Positions 1-10,466 of a stretch of DNA of 64,000 bases are shown here, piece after piece. The notes under the pieces were generated by a model that saw nothing but the letters and a program-made list of their open reading frames with translations, did not search any database and had not been told where the DNA came from. The position numbers and the translations under genes are program-made. Source of the stretch: Paludibacteraceae bacterium (GTDB lineage Bacteria; Bacteroidota; Bacteroidia; Bacteroidales; Paludibacteraceae). Each line of letters opens with the position of its first letter. Position 1 is the stretch's first letter. The DNA lies in assembly GCA_051878345.1 (NCBI GenBank), contig JBJEJX010000074.1:13389-77388 (forward strand), given 5' to 3'.

Positions 1-548
1 TCAATCATCATATTTTCCGCCGGTTGAGTCTCGCCTTCGGTGTATGTCAACTTCACATTTCGTATCTGAAACTGACCTTTTTGATTACCTTCAGGGTTTA
101 CCATAAACCCTACTGCCACTATCTCCTCATCCCCATACTCATAATCTACCGTTGTCCATAACGGAGTACTCGGTAGCATACTTTGGGTAGTCCACTCGGT
201 AGGAGTGCCGCCAATGCTCGGCGAAGAAGCCCAACGGGTACCTTTCGCATCTTTCAAATAAATATGCAGAGTCGTCCAATTGGTATTTTGTAAATCACCT
301 ATCAAATCAAACGACAGATTTGTTACCTCGGACAGATAGTCCACACCGAACTCCAAACCGCCGTTAGGCCACGCCACACCGGTATTGAAGTCGTATTCTA
401 CCGTCAACTCGCCGGATGCGTTCACCGTGCCCGCGACCGGATACGAATTGTTGATTTGCTGACCTGTGGTAAGATCCACGTTCACAACAGCAGCATTCAT
501 TACACTGACTGCAAAAACCGTAATTGCACAAAGGGAAAGTTTTCTCAT
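1..548 (-). CDS. Secreted hypothetical protein, 3' end cut by window edge
   Basis: Own minus-strand translation from ATG at 548-546 (MRKLSLCAITVFAVSVMNAAVVNVDL...), open to position 1. Absent from the ORF track because no stop lies in the window. A -7 box (TATCTTTG, revcomp) sits at 602-609. Confidence 0.6.
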   Translation of the reverse strand, partial: MRKLSLCAITVFAVSVMNAAVVNVDLTTGQQINNSYPVAGTVNASGELTVEYDFNTGVAWPNGGLEFGVDYLSEVTNLSFDLIGDLQNTNWTTLHIYLKDAKGTRWASSPSIGGTPTEWTTQSMLPSTPLWTTVDYEYGDEEIVAVGFMVNPEGNQKGQFQIRNVKLTYTEGETQPAENMMI

Positions 549-834
549 AATGGTTGTTGTTTTTAGAGTTGATTATTTCGTTTTTTTGAAGAACTTTGCG
601 GCAAAGATACTGCTATTTCAACATACAGGCACGCCAAATAAATATGTTATTAAACATAGTTTTGAAAGGTTTCTCGTAATATGCTGATTTAATGATAATT
701 GTATAGTATTTCCATGCAAAAAATAACATTTCGAAACGTTACGAAACTATTTTTTTATAAAAACGATTGTTTTTCGCTTTTGCATATCATATTTTTTTCG
801 TAATTTTGCACACCGATCTAAACCCTATAAAATC

Positions 835-1644
835 ATGAATGAGATGTTTCTTGACATTGTCAACACCGAAAAAACTTACACTGCCAAAGAGCGCAGAGCG
901 TTGATTCTCAAACTGATAAATGGGAACGATGAGGTATCCGTCAATGACCTTAGTCAGGTATTCCATACCTCTACCGTTACCATTCGCAAGGACTTGACCA
1001 TCTTGCAACAGCGCAACCTCCTCAATCGTACCAGAGGAGGCGCTATCCGCAAGCCCGTGGAGAACCTGAACGAAGACAACAACATCGCCCAAAAGCGCAT
1101 GTTCAACGCGAGAGAAAAGGAGTGCATAGGTAAAGCAGCCGCCAAACTCATACGGAATGGCGACCATATCATGCTCGACTCGGGCACTACTACTCTCGAG
1201 ATAGCCAAAAACTTGGATAATTTCTACGACCTCACTATTATCACCAATTCAGTGAATATCGCGGAGGTATGTCTCCGATACAACCGTTTCACCGTGATAG
1301 TCTTGGGCGGACACCTGCGTATCAACAGCCACTCCACCGTCGGACCGCTGGCACTCAATACACTAAGCCATTTCAGCAACTACAAGTTGTTCCTCGGTGT
1401 GGACTCTTTCTCGCTGGAATCGGGTATCTCTACCCCCAACTTGGAAGAAGCCATGCTCAATCAGGCAATGATGGCTCAAGCCAGCCAGACAATTGCGGTG
1501 TTCGATGCTTCTAAGTTCAACAAACGCAGTTTCTGCCACATCGCGCAGGTACAGGAGATAAACACTATCATCACCGACAAGAGTATCCCCTCCCCCATAG
1601 CCACCCAACTCCGCGCACAATCCATCCAACTGATTGTGGTGTAA
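835..1644 (+). CDS. DeoR family transcriptional regulator
   Basis: 269-aa ORF with an N-terminal HTH (VSVNDLSQVFHTSTVTIRKDL) and a DeoR-type C-terminal sensor domain (MLDSGTTT). TAATTTTG -7 box at 801-808. Confidence 0.85.
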   Translation: MNEMFLDIVNTEKTYTAKERRALILKLINGNDEVSVNDLSQVFHTSTVTIRKDLTILQQRNLLNRTRGGAIRKPVENLNEDNNIAQKRMFNAREKECIGKAAAKLIRNGDHIMLDSGTTTLEIAKNLDNFYDLTIITNSVNIAEVCLRYNRFTVIVLGGHLRINSHSTVGPLALNTLSHFSNYKLFLGVDSFSLESGISTPNLEEAMLNQAMMAQASQTIAVFDASKFNKRSFCHIAQVQEINTIITDKSIPSPIATQLRAQSIQLIVV

Positions 1645-1849
1645 ACCAACAATGCAATACAAACTTATTGACAAAATATGCCGGATTGGTCATGTTTTAT
1701 CAACAAGTTGTTTTTACGCTAGCAACATCAAAGAGAAAATACTTAGTATCTTTTCGTTGCCGATGGTATTTGCGGAAACAATGCCTACAAAAACAACGTG
1801 AGCCCCGATGCATCGGGGCTCACTATCATTTGTGTTTACTAAAACCTGT

Positions 1850-3454
1850 TTAGAGTTGGGGACCTGCGGCTACGAGTGCTTTGCCTGCCTCGTTGCCTTC
1901 GTATTTCGCGAAGTTCTTGATGAAGCGGCCTGCCAAGTCTTTTGCCTTCTCCTCCCACTGTGCAGCATCTGCATAGGTGTCGCGGGGGTCGAGAATAGCG
2001 GGGTCAACGCCGGGGAGAGCCGTCGGTACTTCGAAGTTGAAGTAAGGAATGGTCTTGGTGGGCGCGGTGAGGATGTCGCCGCCGAGGATAGCATCAATGA
2101 TACCGCGGGTATCACGAATGGAGATACGCTTGCCCGTACCGTTCCAACCCGTGTTCACGAGGTATGCCTTCGCACCCGATTTCTCCATCTTCTTCACGAG
2201 TTCCTCAGCATACTTGGTAGGATGCAGTTCGAGGAATGCCTGTCCGAAGCAAGCGGAGAAGGTAGGCGTAGGCTCGGTGATACCGCGCTCCGTACCTGCC
2301 AACTTGGCGGTGAAGCCGGAGAGGAAGTAGTACTTGGTCTGCTCGGGAGTCAGGATGCTGACAGGAGGCAGCACGCCGAAAGCATCAGCAGAAAGGAAGA
2401 TAACGTTCTTGGCAGCGGGACCTGCGGACACGGGGCGGACAATCTTCTCAATGTGGTTGATAGGATACGAAACGCGGGTGTTCTCGGTCGTGCTCTTGTC
2501 TGCAAAGTCGATGGTGCCGTCCTCGGCTACGGTTACGTTCTCAAGAAGTGCGTTGCGACGGATAGCGTTGTAGATATCGGGCTCGCTCTCTTTGTCGAGG
2601 TTGATAACCTTGGCATAGCAGCCGCCCTCGAAGTTGAAGACGCCGTTGTCGTCCCATCCGTGCTCGTCATCACCGATGAGCAGACGCTTCGGGTCGGTGG
2701 AGAGAGTGGTCTTGCCGGTACCGGAGAGACCGAAGAAGATAGCGGTGTTCTCGCCGTTCATGTCGGTGTTGGCCGAGCAGTGCATGGAAGCGATGCCTTG
2801 GAGAGGGAGATAGTAGTTCATCATGGAGAACATACCTTTCTTCATTTCGCCGCCGTACCATGTGTTGATGATTACTTGCTCGCGGCTGGTGGTGTTGAAT
2901 GCCACGCAGGTCTCGGAGTTGAGTCCCAGTTCTTTGTAGTTCTCTACTTTGGCTTTGGAAGCGTTGTAGATAACGAAGTTCGGCTCAAAGTTCTCCAACT
3001 CCTCAGCGGTGGGTTGGATAAACATGTTTGCCACGAAGTGTGCCTGCCATGCTACCTCCACGATGAAACGAACCGCCATGCGGGTGTCTTTGTTGGCACC
3101 GCAGAAAGCGTCCACCACGAAGAGGCGCTTGTTGCTGAGTTCCTTCTTCGCAATGTCCTTTACGGTAGCCCATACCTCTTCGGACATGGGGTGGTTGTCG
3201 TTCTTGTAAGCGTCGGTAGTCCACCATACGTTGTCGTGGCTCTGTGCGTCATCCACGATGTATTTGTCCTTGGGCGAGCGACCTGTATATACACCGGTCA
3301 TTACGTTTACGGCACCAAGTTCAGTGAGTTGCCCTTTGTCAAAGCCGGTCAAACCTTCTTTAGTCTCTTCTGCGAAGAGAACTTCGTAGGAGGGGTTGTG
3401 CAGAATCTCGGTGGTACCGGTGATTCCGTACTGGGTTAAATCAAGATTTTTCAT
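1850..3454 (-). CDS. pckA: Phosphoenolpyruvate carboxykinase (ATP)
   Basis: 534-aa ORF with the P-loop [11 protein letters not shown] and the full-length pattern typical of ATP-dependent PEPCK. Confidence 0.95.
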   Translation of the reverse strand: MKNLDLTQYGITGTTEILHNPSYEVLFAEETKEGLTGFDKGQLTELGAVNVMTGVYTGRSPKDKYIVDDAQSHDNVWWTTDAYKNDNHPMSEEVWATVKDIAKKELSNKRLFVVDAFCGANKDTRMAVRFIVEVAWQAHFVANMFIQPTAEELENFEPNFVIYNASKAKVENYKELGLNSETCVAFNTTSREQVIINTWYGGEMKKGMFSMMNYYLPLQGIASMHCSANTDMNGENTAIFFGLSGTGKTTLSTDPKRLLIGDDEHGWDDNGVFNFEGGCYAKVINLDKESEPDIYNAIRRNALLENVTVAEDGTIDFADKSTTENTRVSYPINHIEKIVRPVSAGPAAKNVIFLSADAFGVLPPVSILTPEQTKYYFLSGFTAKLAGTERGITEPTPTFSACFGQAFLELHPTKYAEELVKKMEKSGAKAYLVNTGWNGTGKRISIRDTRGIIDAILGGDILTAPTKTIPYFNFEVPTALPGVDPAILDPRDTYADAAQWEEKAKDLAGRFIKNFAKYEGNEAGKALVAAGPQL

Positions 3455-3631
3455 AATTGTGTTTATTATTTAATTTATAATGTTAGACCTTTTGCGCCCT
3501 ATTTTAGCGGGTACAAAATTAGTATATTTTTTTGAAACGGGCAAATTTTTAGGGAAAAACCTTTTTTTTGCCACATTAAGTTGCCAAAAAACAGGAAAAT
3601 ATGCTGCAAAACATATTTTTTTGCAAAATTA

Positions 3632-3663
3632 TTTGGTGGTATCAAAAAAAAGCAGTACTTTTG
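3632..3663 (+). promoter_or_regulatory. Bacteroidota sigma-A type promoter (-33 TTTG, -7 TACTTTTG)
   Basis: TTTG at 3632-3635 and TACTTTTG at 3656-3663, 20 nt apart, upstream of the tsaC-like gene. Confidence 0.6.
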
Positions 3664-3815
3664 CACCGTGTTTTTCATGGTATTAGATTTAAGGTTAAGT
3701 AAAGATTGGGTTGTCGTGATGACAATCCTTCTTTTTTTATGGTTGAGTGTGTAGCGTTTGGAGGTTTCCGGAGTTTCCGAAAACGAACGTCCTGCTCTCA
3801 ACGGAAAATGGTATA

Positions 3816-4439
3816 ATGATTGGTCGTTACGAGAAATCTGATTTGGAAGCGGCTGTGCGCGTACTGCGGGCAGGCGGTGTGGTTGTGTACCCTACCGACA
3901 CGGTATGGGGTATCGGTTGTGATGCCACCAACGAAGAGGCGGTGAAGAAGGTGTATGCACTGAAACGGAGGGAAGACAGCAAGTCGATGCTCGTATTGCT
4001 GGATGCGCCGGGGAAACTGCAAGGATATGTGGCGGAAGTGCCGGACATAGCATGGGATTTGTTGGATTGTACGATGGAGGAAAAATCGCTCGACGCTCAA
4101 CCCTCAACGCTCAACTCACAACGCCCGCTGACCATTATTTACCCGGGTGCGAAGAACCTTGCCAAGAACCTGATAGCCGCAGACGGCAGCGTGGGTATTC
4201 GGATAACACAAGAGCCTTTCTCGAAAGCCCTCTGCGAGCGGCTGCGGCGGCCTGTCGTCTCTACCTCCGCCAATATCAGCGGCGAGCCTGCCGCCAAGAC
4301 TTTTCGGCAGATTTCCGAAGAAGTGTTGCGGCAAGCCGATTATGTGTGCCTGTTCCGCAGGGATGATGAGGAAGAGAAACAACCGAGCAGCATTATCAAA
4401 TTGGGATTGCACAACGAGATACAAATCATTCGCCCATGA
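3816..4439 (+). CDS. tsaC: L-threonylcarbamoyladenylate synthase (YrdC/Sua5 family)
   Basis: Motif VVVYPTDTVWGIGCDA. Start moved to ATG 3816 (MIGRYEKSD), which lies downstream of the promoter. Contains an in-frame CTCAAC repeat at 4093-4125. Confidence 0.8.
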   Translation: MIGRYEKSDLEAAVRVLRAGGVVVYPTDTVWGIGCDATNEEAVKKVYALKRREDSKSMLVLLDAPGKLQGYVAEVPDIAWDLLDCTMEEKSLDAQPSTLNSQRPLTIIYPGAKNLAKNLIAADGSVGIRITQEPFSKALCERLRRPVVSTSANISGEPAAKTFRQISEEVLRQADYVCLFRRDDEEEKQPSSIIKLGLHNEIQIIRP

Positions 4440-5704
4440 TAGCCCACCGCAAACAACAACTGATGTACATTTTTGCCGACCTCCTGTCTGCGGAGGCGGT
4501 GTGGCTGTTGTTCGCATTGTTTCGCAAACTGGTAAACGACGGAGTGGTCTTTGGCGTGGACACCATACTGATACCGATATTCAACTTCTATCCCCCGCTT
4601 ATCATTTATCCCCTTGTCTGCGTAGCCATTCATTACCTGTCGGGATATTATCTGCGCCCGTTCCGCAAGAGTGCCGTTCGGGAATTTGTCGTTACGTTCT
4701 GGAGCGCGGTATTCATATCATTGCTTTTCTTCTTTCTTATCATTATAGACGACGAAGTAACAAACTACGAGCGTTACTTGATTTCGTTGGCGGTGCTGTT
4801 TGTCCTGCAGTTCACGATTAGTTATCTGCCGCGTTGCCTTATTACCTACCTTACTCGCCGCAACGGTACTTACCGCACCCGCACTATCCACACCATTGCC
4901 GAAGCCAATCGTGTACGGAAGGGCACCGTGGAAGAAGTTATTATCGACCTGCCGAAGAATAGTTCCGAAAATACGCTGTACAGCATTATCAACAGACTTT
5001 ATCCTCTCGGTGTGGAGATTTCCGTTATTCCGCGGGTATACGACATGCTGACGGGTGCCGCCCGTATCGTGGAGATAGGCGGACAACCGTTGGTGCGCAT
5101 AACGGAGCATAAGATGAGCGATGCCGAACTGTGCATTAAGCGGGCAACGGATGTGGTTGTTTCGCTTTGCGTACTAGTACTCCTTTCGCCCTTGTATATC
5201 TTCCTGTATGTGCTGGTATATGCCACCTCCAAAGGCAAGGCCATTTATCGTCAGGAGCGTATAGGGTTGCATGGCATTCCCTTCCATATATTGAAGTTCC
5301 GCACGATGTGCGAAGATGCCGAGCAGGAAAAACCCATGCTGACCCATGACCACGACCCGCGTATTACCCGCGTAGGAGCCTTCCTGCGCAAATACCGGTT
5401 GGACGAGTTGCCGCAGATGTGGAATGTGCTGCGGGGTGATATGTCGTTGGTGGGACCGCGGCCCGAACGGGCATATTTCATACGGCAGATAGAGCAGAAA
5501 GCACCTTACTACTGCCTGCTCTACAAGATACGCCCGGGACTGACCAGTTGGGGACCTGTCAAAGTGGGCTATACCGATACGATTGACAAGATGGTGGATC
5601 GGCTGAACTACGACATTACATACATGGAGAATATGTCCCTCAGATTGGATTTGAAAATACTGTTTTTCACCATAGGAGTAATCATAGATGGCAAAGGAAA
5701 ATAA
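4436..5704 (+). CDS. Polyprenyl glycosylphosphotransferase (bacterial sugar transferase family)
   Basis: 422 aa with N-terminal TM helices and a C-terminal domain carrying KFRTM, DELPQ and GDMSLVGPRPE. ATGA overlap with the upstream gene. Confidence 0.85.
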   Translation: MIAHRKQQLMYIFADLLSAEAVWLLFALFRKLVNDGVVFGVDTILIPIFNFYPPLIIYPLVCVAIHYLSGYYLRPFRKSAVREFVVTFWSAVFISLLFFFLIIIDDEVTNYERYLISLAVLFVLQFTISYLPRCLITYLTRRNGTYRTRTIHTIAEANRVRKGTVEEVIIDLPKNSSENTLYSIINRLYPLGVEISVIPRVYDMLTGAARIVEIGGQPLVRITEHKMSDAELCIKRATDVVVSLCVLVLLSPLYIFLYVLVYATSKGKAIYRQERIGLHGIPFHILKFRTMCEDAEQEKPMLTHDHDPRITRVGAFLRKYRLDELPQMWNVLRGDMSLVGPRPERAYFIRQIEQKAPYYCLLYKIRPGLTSWGPVKVGYTDTIDKMVDRLNYDITYMENMSLRLDLKILFFTIGVIIDGKGK

Positions 5705-5909
5705 CAAAAAAACGACCACCCTAGTGGATAGCCGGCTCACCTACGACCAAGCAATGACGCGGGTGGAGACCATTGTGCAGCAGTTGGAGCAATCGGAGGC
5801 TGTCAGCCTCAGCGAGTACAAGCAACTGGCAGACGAAGCCCGCCGACTGCTTGCTTTTTGTCACAGCGAAGTTGAGAAAATCAGCAAAGAATTTACGGAC
5901 AACAACTGA
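5688..5909 (+). CDS. xseB: Exodeoxyribonuclease VII small subunit
   Basis: 73-aa helical protein (LTYDQAMTRVETIVQQLE) with size and pattern typical of XseB. Confidence 0.7.
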   Translation: MAKENNKKTTTLVDSRLTYDQAMTRVETIVQQLEQSEAVSLSEYKQLADEARRLLAFCHSEVEKISKEFTDNN

Positions 5910-5960
5910 CACACATTGTCCTCAAAAATTCTTGACTTCCTTGTGAAAAATCTTCTGTAT

Positions 5961-5996
5961 AAAAAATGTGCGGTTCGAAGACCGCACATTTTTTTC
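5961..5996. terminator. Bidirectional intrinsic terminator between xseB and nadA
   Basis: Stem aatgtgcggt / accgcacatt with loop tcgaag, flanked by an A-run and a T-run. Confidence 0.75.
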
Positions 5997-6921
5997 AACT
6001 CATTTCCAACATGCGTTGGATGGGTTTCAGGGCTTGAGCAGACAGTGTCTCATTCACTATTATTTCCGGCTGCTCATTTTGTAGGCAAGCGAGAAGTTTC
6101 TCCAATGTATTCATACGCATATACTCGCACTCGTTACAATGGCAACCCACGGTCTCTGCGGATTCCGGCGGCACGGGGATAAACTCCTTGTCGGGACAAG
6201 CCTTCTGCATTTCGTGCAGAATTCCGCTCTCTGTAACCACAATAAATCGCTTCTGCGGGCTCGAAATAGCAAAATCGAGCAATGCCTTGGTAGAACCTAT
6301 TTTGTCCGCCTGCGTCAAAATAACGGCTTTACATTCGGGGTGTGCCAGCACGGGTGCATTGGGATTTTCTTTCTTGAGCGCCAACAGCCCTTCTAGCGAG
6401 AATCGGCTATGCACGTGGCAGGCACCGTCCCATAGCAGCATTTGTCTGCCGGTGATACTGTTGATATAGTTTCCAAGGTTCTTGTCCGGTCCGAAGATTA
6501 TCTTCGCGTCCGCAGGCAGTTGCTCCACTATCTTACGCGCATTGGAAGAGGTAACCACCACATTAGTCAGGGCTTTCACCGCCGCCGTCGTATTCACGTA
6601 CGACACCACTATATGCTCCGGATGTTCTGCCTTGAACTTTGCCAAGTCCTCCGCCTTGCACGAATCGGCAAGGCTGCAACCCGCCGCCATATCTGGTATC
6701 AGCACTTTCTTGTCGGGGCAGAGTATCTTCATGGTCTCGCCCATAAAATGTACGCCGCACATTACGATAATGTCTGCGTCCACCGTAGTAGCCTTCTGCG
6801 CGAGCGCCAACGAGTCGCCTATGAAGTCAGCCACGTCTTGTATCTCAGGTCGGGTGTAGTAATGCGCCATGATAATTGCATTCTTCTCCCGGCAAAGTTG
6901 GCGGATATCGTCTTTTATCAT
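5995..6921 (-). CDS. nadA: Quinolinate synthase
   Basis: 308-aa ORF with a NadA-like pattern (IIMAHYY, VHFMGET, VVTSSN). Confidence 0.9.
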   Translation of the reverse strand: MIKDDIRQLCREKNAIIMAHYYTRPEIQDVADFIGDSLALAQKATTVDADIIVMCGVHFMGETMKILCPDKKVLIPDMAAGCSLADSCKAEDLAKFKAEHPEHIVVSYVNTTAAVKALTNVVVTSSNARKIVEQLPADAKIIFGPDKNLGNYINSITGRQMLLWDGACHVHSRFSLEGLLALKKENPNAPVLAHPECKAVILTQADKIGSTKALLDFAISSPQKRFIVVTESGILHEMQKACPDKEFIPVPPESAETVGCHCNECEYMRMNTLEKLLACLQNEQPEIIVNETLSAQALKPIQRMLEMS

Positions 6922-7113
6922 ATTATTATCTTTTTAATTAAAAATTTCTTTGATAGTATTACTGTGTTGAAACGGTTAATAACGATTGCAATCGATAGAA
7001 TATCAGTTGTTTTATGGGTCTTCTCAATGGTTGAATGAGAGTAGAATAAATTGAAAACTACTACTTTCTAAACGCCTTCGACAGGTTTTTGACACATATT
7101 GTAGAAAACTTGT

Positions 7114-8064
7114 TCAAAGCCACTTTTTCCATTTGAAATAGAGCAGGATAGCCACCGTGAAGACCACCATCAGCAGGATGGCAAACGGGTAACCCAAGTA
7201 CCAATGCAGTTCGGGCATGAAATCAAAGTTCATACCGTATAGGCTCGCTACCAGCGTCGGCGGCAGGAACACCACGTTCACCACGGTGAATATCTTGATA
7301 ATCTTGTTCTGTTCGATGTTTACCAAACCGAGGAAAGTATCTTGGAGGTAGTCCAATCGGTCGAATCCGAACCGCGTGTAGTCGAACAGCGAGTTTATAT
7401 CCTTGATAATCATGGTCAGTCGCGGTTGCAACTCGGCAGGGAAGAAATCGCATTTAAGGAAGTTGCTGATCACGCGCTGTTTGTCCATGATATTCTGTCG
7501 GATAATGGTAACCTTCTCCTGCAAGTCCTTGATTTGTATCAGCACGTCTTCATCCACACTTCCGTTGTGTCCGGTCAGTTTCTGAGAGAGGGTGGTAATC
7601 ATATCCGTTGCGTCCTCAATCATATCGGCGTCTTTCTCCACGCGCGTCTCCATAAGAGCCACCAGCACGTGATAGCCCGTCGGGAAATTACGGGTGTTCA
7701 CAAACATTTTCTTCACCGTCTCGTTGAACGATGCCAACTCCACGTCTCGGCTCGTAACCAATATGCTGTTTTTCAAGATGAAGTTCACGGGCTCCATTTC
7801 GTAGTTGGCAGTGAGGAAGTTGCTGTTGGCGACGATGGAATCGTCCGTCTGTATGTATCGCGAAGACATCTCAATCTCTTCCATTTCTTCATCCTCCTGA
7901 ATATCAATCTTCAGGAATCCTTCGAGCGTGTCCTCCGTCTTGTCGCTGACATCCAGCAGGTCAATCCAGATAATATCTTTCTTGTCCAATTCTTTCAGCG
8001 TGTTGATGGTCTTTGCCACCTTTATCTTCTCGCTGTCCTTATAGAATATCCTCAGTTCTGCCAT
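7114..8064 (-). CDS. corA: Magnesium/cobalt transporter CorA
   Basis: 316 aa with the YGMNF signature and two C-terminal TM helices. Confidence 0.9.
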   Translation of the reverse strand: MAELRIFYKDSEKIKVAKTINTLKELDKKDIIWIDLLDVSDKTEDTLEGFLKIDIQEDEEMEEIEMSSRYIQTDDSIVANSNFLTANYEMEPVNFILKNSILVTSRDVELASFNETVKKMFVNTRNFPTGYHVLVALMETRVEKDADMIEDATDMITTLSQKLTGHNGSVDEDVLIQIKDLQEKVTIIRQNIMDKQRVISNFLKCDFFPAELQPRLTMIIKDINSLFDYTRFGFDRLDYLQDTFLGLVNIEQNKIIKIFTVVNVVFLPPTLVASLYGMNFDFMPELHWYLGYPFAILLMVVFTVAILLYFKWKKWL

Positions 8065-8125
8065 GGTAATTGTAATTTATAAGTGAAAAGTTTTTAGTTT
8101 CAATTCAAGTTTGTCAAGTCTGATG

Positions 8126-8908
8126 TTACTTGCAATCGGCGACTTGAAACTTCTCTACCATATTCGTTAAATCCGCAAACTCCGCCACGCTCAGTTGCTC
8201 CGGTCGTTTGGTGAAGACGGGGTCTTCCAGTATGGGATTACCTTTCCCCACCAGCGCTTGCAACGAGTTGCGCATTTGTTTTCGCCGTTGGTTGAATGCG
8301 GTCTTCACTATCTGCTTGAACAGCATTTCGTTGCAGTCGAGTTGCCGCCTGTGGTTGCGCGTCATGCGGATAACGGCGGACTTCACTTTCGGCGGAGGGT
8401 TGAACACGTGTTCGTCCACCGTAAACAGATACTCTATATCATAGTACGCTTGCAGCAGCACCGACAGTATGCCGTAGGCTTTGTTGCCCGGCTTCGATGC
8501 CAACCGCTCCGCCACCTCTTTCTGTATCATGCCGGAGCAGACGGGGATACGGTCTTTGTTCTCCAATATCTTGAAGAATATCTGACTCGAGATGTTGTAC
8601 GGATAGTTGCCTATCACGCTGAACTCTCCTTCGGGGAACACCGTCTCCAAGTCCAATTTCAGAAAATCGCCCTCTATAAGGTGCAGTTCGGGGTACCACT
8701 CTCTGAGATAAACCACGCTCTCGCGGTCTATCTCTATGGCAGTCAAATCAATATCGGGATTTTTGAGTAAGAACTGCGTGAGCACTCCCATACCCGGTCC
8801 TATCTCCAGAACTCTTCCGGAGGATACGGTCTCAGCAATTCGTTGGGCGACACTCAGGTCCTTCAAGAAGTGCTGACCCAAAAACTTCTTGGCGCGTACT
8901 TGTTGCAT
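8126..8908 (-). CDS. rsmA: 16S rRNA (adenine1518/1519-N6)-dimethyltransferase
   Basis: 260 aa with KKFLGQHFL and the SAM motif EIGPGMGVLT. Confidence 0.9.
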   Translation of the reverse strand: MQQVRAKKFLGQHFLKDLSVAQRIAETVSSGRVLEIGPGMGVLTQFLLKNPDIDLTAIEIDRESVVYLREWYPELHLIEGDFLKLDLETVFPEGEFSVIGNYPYNISSQIFFKILENKDRIPVCSGMIQKEVAERLASKPGNKAYGILSVLLQAYYDIEYLFTVDEHVFNPPPKVKSAVIRMTRNHRRQLDCNEMLFKQIVKTAFNQRRKQMRNSLQALVGKGNPILEDPVFTKRPEQLSVAEFADLTNMVEKFQVADCK

Positions 8909-9041
8909 TCTCTTGGTGATAATCGTCCATAACTCTTAACGCTTAACTTTTTTCGCTCTACGCTTGCATATATCCGAAAATTATAGTAATTTTGCAAGCG
9001 GTTTCATTTCAGGCTGCAAAATTACCACTTTTTTTTCAGAA

Positions 9042-9530
9042 ATGCAAGCATTAGCGCGATTTATTACAAAAATTATTGATTTTTTCTATCTTCCTTTCCG
9101 CAAGTTTATCCCGGAACAGTTGTTTCGTTATGCCGTTTGCGGCGGGGGAAACATGGTGTTGGACTGGGTGCTGTATTTCCTTGTTTACAACTACGGAGTG
9201 GGACACGACTTGCAGTATTTCACGGTTTGCGGCTATGAAATGTGCATGACGCCGCATATCCTCACGCTTTGCATTGTCTTCCCTGTCACTTTGCTCACGG
9301 GCTTTTGGCTCAATAAGTATGTTACCTTCACCCAGTCTTCATTGCGCGGTTGGAGTCAGTTCGGACGCTATATCCTCATTGTCGCGATAAACCTGTTGGT
9401 GAACTATTTCGGCTTGAAACTCTGTGTGGAACTCTTGGGTTGGTATCCCACGCCGAGCAAGATGTTTATCACTTGTATCACGGTGGTTATCAGTTTTGTA
9501 GGACAAAAATACTATTCGTTTCGGAAATGA
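9042..9530 (+). CDS. GtrA family membrane protein
   Basis: Start moved to ATG 9042 (MQALARFITK). FRYAVCGGGNMVLDW is typical of GtrA, and about four TM helices are present. Confidence 0.75.
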   Translation: MQALARFITKIIDFFYLPFRKFIPEQLFRYAVCGGGNMVLDWVLYFLVYNYGVGHDLQYFTVCGYEMCMTPHILTLCIVFPVTLLTGFWLNKYVTFTQSSLRGWSQFGRYILIVAINLLVNYFGLKLCVELLGWYPTPSKMFITCITVVISFVGQKYYSFRK

Positions 9531-10429
9531 GAAAAGATGTTACCTATTCATGGCTTGCTATCTTGTTGGTAGGCATGGTTGCGGCGTTGTGTGGCGCCGT
9601 GCAGCGGCTCACCATGCCGCAGGTGCTTTGCAAGGAATACACTTTCGAGAAAACGGCATACCTCGTGGACGGACAGGAAAACAACCTCTCGTTCTCCATC
9701 CGCTATGCCTATCCCGTGGCTGTCAATGCGGGTATCTCTCTGTCTGCTGACACGCAGGCGTCCGATGTGCTTGCCAAACTGCAACGCGCGGTGTGCCAGA
9801 CCGTCTTGGGCGATGCGTTCCTCGATATGCGCCCGCAGCAGGCGATAGAGGCGTATGCCGCCATGAAGCATACCGAGTATATCCAAAACAACCTCCCGCT
9901 CCTACAAGAGTGGGCTATCGACCACGAGGACGAACCCCTCGGCGAGACCCTTTTCAACGAAGAACTTGTCATTTCCGCCGCACCGATAGGCAACCTCACC
10001 GACAACTCTCAACCCTCAACTCCCAACCCTCAACTCTCAACCCCTACCGCCTCCCTTTGGAGTTACGCCATAGATGTTTACGAGTATTCCGGCGGAGCGC
10101 ATGGCAACCACTATCTGCTCATTCAGAATTACGACTTGCAGACAGGCGCCGCGGTGAACGAGTCAGAGTTCTTTGCGGACGACTATTACGAACCGTTGCA
10201 GCGCCTCTTGCTCGATGCGCTCATTGCCCAAACGGACAATGCGGATAGCAAGAAAGACCTGCGCCGATTGGGCTATAGTGTGGCGGATGTGGTGCCCAAT
10301 GAGAATTTCTATGTAACCTCGGAAGGTATCACCTATGTGTATAATCCTTACGAGATAGCCCCTTACGCCATGGGTTGTATCCGTATCTTCCTCCCGTGGG
10401 ACTCCGTCCGCCACTTGCTCAGAGACTAA
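9527..10429 (+). CDS. DUF3298/DUF4163-like membrane-anchored protein
   Basis: Start at ATG 9527 (MRKDVTYSWLAILLVG...), in ATGA overlap with the GtrA stop. YEYSGGAHGNH is a DUF3298 hallmark. In-frame CTCAAC repeat at 10007-10045. Confidence 0.7.
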   Translation: MRKDVTYSWLAILLVGMVAALCGAVQRLTMPQVLCKEYTFEKTAYLVDGQENNLSFSIRYAYPVAVNAGISLSADTQASDVLAKLQRAVCQTVLGDAFLDMRPQQAIEAYAAMKHTEYIQNNLPLLQEWAIDHEDEPLGETLFNEELVISAAPIGNLTDNSQPSTPNPQLSTPTASLWSYAIDVYEYSGGAHGNHYLLIQNYDLQTGAAVNESEFFADDYYEPLQRLLLDALIAQTDNADSKKDLRRLGYSVADVVPNENFYVTSEGITYVYNPYEIAPYAMGCIRIFLPWDSVRHLLRD

Positions 10430-10466
10430 CTAAATCTCCTGCAAATCCGGAAGTAACAAAATGAGT

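Noticed and set aside
1808-3439. 543-aa plus-strand ORF opposite pckA. The same pattern is seen in long antisense ORFs opposite topA (16830..18659), recJ (37081..38937), mrdA (44714..46705), the DUF5686 gene (59551..61173), the OMP (57406..58089) and the 61251..62405 gene.
   Set aside because: Each one mirrors a gene with clear family motifs on the other strand. Their translations are Arg/Gly/Val/His-rich low-complexity sequence with no recognisable motif. They look like a typical artefact of GC-rich codon usage.
9350-9526. An upstream extension of the DUF3298 ORF that overlaps the GtrA gene.
   Set aside because: The extension is out of frame inside the GtrA coding region. The Met at 9527 starts a signal-anchor sequence and forms an ATGA overlap with the GtrA stop.
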